DNA of 64,000 nucleotides from Ostreococcus lucimarinus (lineage: Eukaryota), in NCBI GenBank assembly GCA_000092065.1, contig CP000588.1. One strand, written 5' to 3'. The notes beneath the pieces were generated by a model. It saw nothing but the letters and a program-made list of their open reading frames with translations. It did no database searches and was not told where the DNA came from. This document shows, in pieces, positions 60,497-64,000 of this stretch (its first letter is position 1; each line of letters starts with the position of its first letter). The position numbers were made by a program, and so were the translations under genes.

Positions 60497-61924
60497 TTAG
60501 AGGTTGGAGAGGCGAGGTCGCGCGAGTTCGGCTTCGCTTGGATCCCACGATATAATTTTCCCGGGATTCATGATGTTGAGCGGATCGAGCGCGCGCTTGA
60601 TTCGGCGCTGGATATCCACGTGCGCCACACCGTGCTCCATGATGATGTACTTTTGTTTTCCGATGCCGACGCCGTGTTCGCCGGAGGCGGAGCCGCCCAT
60701 AGCGATGGCGTTCCCGATGACTTTGTCTTCGAGCGCCAACAAGGCGGCGCGTTCGTGCTCTTGAAAGGGTATGAGACAGTGGAAGTTGCCGTCGGCGATG
60801 TGCGCGCAAATGACGCACGGAAACCGCGCTTTTTTGAACTCGAGCTCCGTGGCCGCGATGCACGCCGAAAGTTTGGACGCCGGAACGCACACGTCTCCAA
60901 CGTACACGCTCTCCTTCGCGTTCGTCCCCGCTTCTAATCCGCGATAGCGCATCGCGCCTAGATAACATCCACGTCTCGCGTCCCACAGCTCGTCCAACTC
61001 CTCGCCGTTTGACGCGAAATCGTGAGACGCGCTCCCGTTCGACTTCGCGATGCGAAGAAAACTTTCCCAATCCTCCTCCATCTCGCCCTGCCGATTCCCC
61101 ACAAACTCTAAAAACAGCGTCGGCACGCACGGTAAAGACGTTTGAAACACCACATTCGTCACTTTAATCCCTTCGTCGTTCATCAACTCGCATCGAAGCA
61201 ACGTCGACAGATTCGCCGCCGTCGCCTCAGCCACCGTCTTCCCCGCCGCCCCGACGGTCGGAAATCGCACGATGGCGCCGCATCGCCGCTTCGGCAGCGG
61301 AACAATCTTCACCACCAGCTCCACGATCACCCCCAGCGTGCCCTCCGCGCCTAAATAGAGCGCGTTCAGCTCGTAACCGGTGCTCGATTTCCGAACCTCG
61401 GCGCGCGTCCGAATGATTTCCCCATCCGGCGTCACCACCGTCATGCTTCGCACGTTCTCCTTCGTCGTTCCGTACTTCAGCGTGCTCAGCCCGCTCCCTC
61501 CCGTGCTCGCCATCCCTCCCAGCGTCGGATTCGAGCTCGGATCCGGCCCGAACGCGAATCCGCGCTTCGCCAGCGCCGCGTTCAGCTCGCTCTTCAGCGC
61601 CCCCGCGCCGACTCTCGCGCACATGTTCGCCTCGTCGATCTCGATCGCGCGCAACATTCGCGTGTCCAACACGCACCCTCCGCCGTACGCGACGGCGCCG
61701 CCCTCGAGCCCCGTGCCCGCGCCGCGCGCGACGATGGGTCGTCGGTGCCTCGCGCACGTCCGGACGATCGCCGCCACCTCCTCGACCGTTCGCGGCGCGC
61801 ACACCGCGTCCGGCCGCGCGCCGGCGTGCGCGCCCATGTCTCGCGCGCGCGCGTCGAGCGCCGCGGCGTCCGCGCGCGTGTCCGCGCACGCGCGTCGCAA
61901 ATCATCGAGCCACGACCGGGACAT
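60497..61924 (-). CDS. DLD: FAD-linked oxidase: D-lactate / D-2-hydroxyacid dehydrogenase (FAD_binding_4 plus FAD-oxidase_C)
   Basis: RRPIVARGAGTGLEGGAV FAD-binding motif and full two-domain architecture ending GVGIGKQKYI...NPGKI. Confidence 0.85.
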   Translation of the reverse strand: MSRSWLDDLRRACADTRADAAALDARARDMGAHAGARPDAVCAPRTVEEVAAIVRTCARHRRPIVARGAGTGLEGGAVAYGGGCVLDTRMLRAIEIDEANMCARVGAGALKSELNAALAKRGFAFGPDPSSNPTLGGMASTGGSGLSTLKYGTTKENVRSMTVVTPDGEIIRTRAEVRKSSTGYELNALYLGAEGTLGVIVELVVKIVPLPKRRCGAIVRFPTVGAAGKTVAEATAANLSTLLRCELMNDEGIKVTNVVFQTSLPCVPTLFLEFVGNRQGEMEEDWESFLRIAKSNGSASHDFASNGEELDELWDARRGCYLGAMRYRGLEAGTNAKESVYVGDVCVPASKLSACIAATELEFKKARFPCVICAHIADGNFHCLIPFQEHERAALLALEDKVIGNAIAMGGSASGEHGVGIGKQKYIIMEHGVAHVDIQRRIKRALDPLNIMNPGKIISWDPSEAELARPRLSNL

Positions 61925-62206
61925 CGGACGGCGTCGTCGACGCGATGTGACGCCCGCAGACGCGCGCGCGCGCCGAGCGGCGATCGAATGCGCGCGCGGG
62001 CGACGCGGACGCGCGCGTGGACGCCGCGCGCGCGACCGCGAGGCGATCGACGCGGTCGACGCGCGCCGGGGCGCGGTCCGACGGTCGACGCGCCGAACGG
62101 GGTGCCTCTAACCGTCGCGACGTCGACGCGCGACGACGCGCGGCGCGACGACGACGCGGCGACGAGGGCGAGCGACGCGCCGAGCGACGCGGAGACGATG
62201 TCTCGA

Positions 62207-63772
62207 AACGCGAGCGACGCGCACGCGCGGATGGCGCGCGAGCGGGCGCGGATTCGAGCGAAATTGGATAAGACGAAGGTGTCGCGGCTGTGGCGGGCGC
62301 CGACGGGGGAGACGCTGGATCGCGTGACGGGGCTGGAGGTGACGGTGAGCGGTGAAGCGCTGCGGCGCGTGATGCCAGGGAATGGATACGTCGAGAATAG
62401 CACGCTCGCGGCGGAGCTGCGGGCGGCGGAGGCCAAGGCGGGGGCGCTGCGGGACGGGTTGCGACGCGCCGAGGCGGATCTCGCCGAGCTGAGGCGGGCG
62501 AGCGCGAACGGAGCGACGACGTGGCCGTTGAGGCAGCCGGCGGTGCAAGCGAGCGATCCAGACGAGGTTCGACGCGCGGGTGCGCGACGAGGGACGGCGG
62601 CGCTGCGGAAGTTGTCTCGCGCGCGGTCGTTGTCTAGTAAGAAGCGAGGAGGTTCGTCGACGGAGACGACGACGGAGACGACGACGGAGACGACGACGTC
62701 CACCTCGACCGCATCGGTGCGCGAGGTGGTGAGCAAGTTCGTGCGCGATACGCCGATACCAGAGGGTATGACCGCGGCGCCGAGTGATAGCAAATTGCCG
62801 AAACCCATATTCGTCGTGAGCGATTCGACGGGCGCCACGGCGACGCAGGCGGTGCAAGCTGCGCTCGGCCAATTTGAAAAGTGCATGGATATTTCCTATC
62901 CGACGAATTTAGAAGTTTTCAGATTCATCAACGACAATAAAGAGCTCGCGACCATCGTCGCTCAGGCGAAAGAAGACGGGGCGATGATCGTGTACACGCT
63001 GGCGGAGGTTGAGATGTCAGAAAGCATGGCGCGGATGGCCGCCGCGGCGGGCGTCGACGCCGTCAACGTCTGGGGCACACTTTTGCGTCAAATGGAGGGG
63101 CATTTGGAGATGCCTTCGATGAATCTACCGATGATCAAGCGACCGATTCGTTCGAGCGGATCGACGAACTCGATGTCGAGCGCGAGCGTGTCGGCGGCGT
63201 TGTTGTCGAGCGATTACTACCGTATGATCGAAGCCGTGGAATACACTCGACAGTGCGACGACGGCGCGTCGAGCGCGAAGTGGAAAGAGGCCGATATCCT
63301 CATTCTAGGCATCAGTCGCACCGGAAAAACTCCGCTGAGCATCTTTCTCGGACAGCGCGGATACAAAGTCGCGAATTTACCCTTGGTCCCCGTCAACGGC
63401 GAATTACGAATCCCGTCCTACATCGCCGACGTCGATCCAAACCGCATCTTCGGCCTCAAAATCTCCCCCGACGTTCTCCACGCCATCCGCGCGCACCGCC
63501 TCAGGACGATGGGGGTCACCGAGGCCGAATCCCAGGCCAGGAGCGACGCCACGGGCGTCTCCAATCGCGCGGCGTCGCGCCGCTCCTCCTACTCGGACCT
63601 CTCCGTGGTTCGCCAAGAGCTCGACCTCGCCGAAGCCTTATTCCGGCGAAACCCGACGTGGAAAGTCTTGGACGTCACGCACAAGGGAGTTGAAGAGACC
63701 GCGGCGCGCATCATGGCCGTGATGACCGAGCGTTTCGGCCGCGCCCACGTTCTCTCGCGCTTCTCCGCGTGA
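62207..63772 (+). CDS. PDRP: Pyruvate phosphate dikinase regulatory protein (PDRP/RP1; bifunctional kinase/pyrophosphorylase, DUF299)
   Basis: PIFVVSDSTGATA, P-loop GISRTGKTPLSIFLGQRGYKVANLPLV, and C-terminal family conservation. N-terminal extent uncertain; the track ORF starts at 61745 and overlaps the D-LDH gene. Confidence 0.75.
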   Translation, partial: NASDAHARMARERARIRAKLDKTKVSRLWRAPTGETLDRVTGLEVTVSGEALRRVMPGNGYVENSTLAAELRAAEAKAGALRDGLRRAEADLAELRRASANGATTWPLRQPAVQASDPDEVRRAGARRGTAALRKLSRARSLSSKKRGGSSTETTTETTTETTTSTSTASVREVVSKFVRDTPIPEGMTAAPSDSKLPKPIFVVSDSTGATATQAVQAALGQFEKCMDISYPTNLEVFRFINDNKELATIVAQAKEDGAMIVYTLAEVEMSESMARMAAAAGVDAVNVWGTLLRQMEGHLEMPSMNLPMIKRPIRSSGSTNSMSSASVSAALLSSDYYRMIEAVEYTRQCDDGASSAKWKEADILILGISRTGKTPLSIFLGQRGYKVANLPLVPVNGELRIPSYIADVDPNRIFGLKISPDVLHAIRAHRLRTMGVTEAESQARSDATGVSNRAASRRSSYSDLSVVRQELDLAEALFRRNPTWKVLDVTHKGVEETAARIMAVMTERFGRAHVLSRFSA

Positions 63773-64000
63773 GCGTCTCGATCCTTCCCCGCGCCGTGCG
63801 CACACAGCCCGCACGCACGCACATCGAACAAATAATCCTCACTGTATGACCAAATGTCCGAGTTTCTTTATTTATCCCGTCACGTCACCGTCAACGCGAC
63901 GGCGGCCGCGCGCGCGTCAGATTCGCGCGCGCCATGTTCGGCCGCCAGCCCGGACGCAGGGTGCGCGCGCGCGCCGATAGCCTCGAAGCGCGCCTCGCCC

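Noticed and set aside
1-64000. Prokaryotic or mobile-element interpretation (operons, defence islands, IS elements)
   Set aside because: The gene content is eukaryotic (spliceosome, COPII, ESCRT, exosome, cilium, ribosomal protein eL33), GT-AG introns are present, genes are monocistronic on alternating strands, and no transposase, integrase or terminal inverted repeats were seen.

Overview
This 64 kb window looks like nuclear DNA from a compact, high-GC (about 65%) unicellular green alga, not a prokaryote. It is tightly packed with roughly 40 mostly intronless protein-coding genes on both strands. They include an ATAD2-like AAA+ ATPase, CHMP6, KRI1, squalene epoxidase, the TRAPP subunit BET3, a LETM1-like protein, proline iminopeptidase, a DDX41-like DEAD-box helicase, RPL35A, NDUFAF6, a CEP104/FAP256-like ciliary protein, a class-3 lipase, the PRP16 DEAH helicase, Sec23, an AFG1-like ATPase, Psb27, an Aha1 N-domain protein, an LRAT-like protein, a reticulon, a JmjC protein, a prolyl-4-hydroxylase-like oxygenase, RRP45, a selenocysteine glutathione peroxidase, RNase H1, a beta-lactamase-like protein, D-lactate dehydrogenase and the PPDK regulatory protein. 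Spliceosomal introns are rare but present; Psb27 is the clearest case. The most unusual locus is a Pol III-type tRNA-Pro(CGG) gene on the minus strand at 7523..7719. It is split into three exons by two introns. One is a 34-nt intron at the canonical 37/38 position. The other is a 91-nt intron inside the D-stem with GTGAGT...TACTGAC...AG, which is a spliceosomal-type signature. A second notable locus is a glutathione peroxidase with an in-frame UGA at the catalytic position and a candidate SECIS element in its 3' UTR. Because of the GC-rich composition, long stop-free ORFs occur on both strands almost everywhere. Many track ORFs are therefore antisense artefacts, and several true start codons are uncertain.
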